A stretch of 64,000 nt of DNA from positions 41,788,001 through 41,852,000 of the forward strand of contig CM060732.1 of assembly GCA_030704615.1 (NCBI GenBank), read 5' to 3'. Positions 62,601 through 64,000 of this stretch are shown here, piece after piece (the stretch's first letter is position 1; the number at the start of each line of letters is the position of its first letter). This DNA is from Takakia lepidozioides (taxonomy: Eukaryota > Plantae > Bryophyta). The notes below the pieces were generated by a model. It made no database searches and had not been told where the DNA came from. It saw nothing but the letters and a program-made list of their open reading frames with translations. The position numbers and the translations under genes are program-made.

Positions 62601-63228
62601 CTTGCAAAAAGAATGCTATCAAAAATAACATTTGCAAAAGTGAGTTTTCCACTTATGCACCAGCAGGTGTAGAAATCTTATACCCCATTCAATCGGCTTA
62701 AAGAAACCCAGAATGGGCAGTCTATGCCTCTAGCCAATGAAGTAGGTGTAGTACTCTGCATATTTGTCCTTGAATTCCCTACAACAGATAGCAGTTTACA
62801 AAGGAGCACCCCAAACATGAGGTAGCGTGTTTGACACAGGAAATCTCAGATTCAGAACCCTATCGATCACCTCTACCATATGATACTGTGTATGTCATTT
62901 ATGTGATCAGAACCCTATCAATCACCCCTACCATATGATACTGTGTATGTCATCTATGTAGGGATGTAAGACAAATAGGAGCATTTCTCAATGTATTCTG
63001 TTACTATTATAAGCATGGTATAATTGTTATAGAAGATTTCATTTTGTCATGTAGGCTTGTGATCCATTCCTCCCTGTTGGGACCTGGTTATTCGTTCTAC
63101 TGGTCTGTCCGGGTTTGTTTGAATGTGATGTGGACATGGGGCAGCAAAACAACCTCACAGGGTTTCCTTTGGAGATGTTTTTGGCTGTAAATATTCGGGG
63201 TGTTTACCTTGTTGATTTGATAACAAAG
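53604..63228 (+). CDS. Pro/Ser-rich N-terminus plus MyTH4-FERM domain protein (myosin-VII-tail-like); incomplete, continues beyond the window
   Basis: A large exon from 53604 to ~55391, then exons FASHYF..NLIQFTK | EPLEIPLL | [25 protein letters not shown] | [21 protein letters not shown]..YL | RKLAQTGPRWLLPLSEEVNAIE | VDPMSTAEDV..YGIF | FVMKRKLF | YALKEVDALMLGALQ | YLDFFSGCCPSYGSCFFFVE | LEMFLAVNIRGVYLVDLITK. The small exons between 55.4 and 56.4 kb are unresolved. Confidence 0.85.
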
Positions 63229-64000
63229 GTGTGCAAGCTTCGTTACCGCAGGCTATTGATATGATGTCAGGATGTCTCCAGACCATTTCCTTCAGTTGCT
63301 TGTAGAGCTGAAATGTCAATCACAAAACCCTTCATGAGGAAATTTGCATACTTGGCTGATCTAAGGGGTTGTGATACAAATAAATGGGCCTACAGAGCTT
63401 GATGCCAAATGTCCTGAATGTGTTCTACTTAGTAGACAAATTAAGCGGAACATTATGAACAGGTTATTGGACTTAATGTGGAATTTTGCCTCTAAACAAA
63501 CAAAGAGTAAAAGGTGAGTGGGAGAGATGGGCAACAGGGAACACATTTTTGGCACATGCTGTATCCAGAGATACATGGTTGGGGGCAAATTCAAGGATGT
63601 GAGTTTTCAATTGTGGGCCGGGGAAAAAGGGAAAAGGGAAGGGAAACAAGTACTTCTCAAATACCAATGCACCCTTAGAACTATGTATGCATGTTTACAT
63701 GGGGCAACAGTTATAGGGGCTGCTGGTGGAAAAAAGAAAAAGAAAAGTTTGTGGGCAAAATGGGATACGTGGTCAAAAAAGGGATACGTGGTCAAAAAAT
63801 GTTGTATAGGCAGTTATATGGGTAGCAGTGGTTCTCATACATGGGCATGTTAATCATGCAGTTTAGATGACTAGACTTTCTTGTTCACCTGTGATGTGGC
63901 ACCCTCCCCACTGTATTCGCGAGATGTTGCTACTCAAAGTCTTCATTGATGAATTGCAGGGAGCAGAAATAGGGCACACTATACTCTTCATGAACAAGCA

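Noticed and set aside
62853-62960. ~55-bp intronic tandem duplication; also (GA)n, (TA)n and (GAA)n microsatellites elsewhere
   Set aside because: Ordinary slippage or duplication products with no sign of function.

Overview
This window is eukaryotic, from a land plant that is most likely non-seed (bryophyte-like gene structures, PLS-class PPR remnants). The left half (1-31.2 kb) is a transposon graveyard. In order it holds: a decayed Ty1/copia 5' half with LTR and tRNA-Met PBS; an Athila-type LTR plus PBS; a decayed DUF7869/Sola-like DDD transposase split by a solo LTR; PPR and FSH1 gene fragments; a Galadriel-like chromovirus; a GC-rich subterminal-type repeat block; two tRNA-derived SINEs; and a 5'-truncated L1. 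The chromovirus has its two LTRs in INVERTED orientation because a 2.6-kb inversion (18399-21030) cuts through gag. Undoing that inversion and the retroelement insertion reassembles a ~690-codon unknown gene with a zinc-finger-like motif. The right half (31.3-64 kb) is gene-rich: a 4-exon class A heat-shock factor (HSFA1-like) with a candidate poison mini-exon, a hAT MITE, two head-to-head intronless RUP-type WD40 genes, ORC5, and, divergent from ORC5, a multi-exon gene that runs off the window. That last gene encodes a Pro/Ser-rich N-terminus plus a myosin-VII-like (not KCBP-like) MyTH4-FERM module. All coordinates and alignments were made by eye, and no database searches were run.
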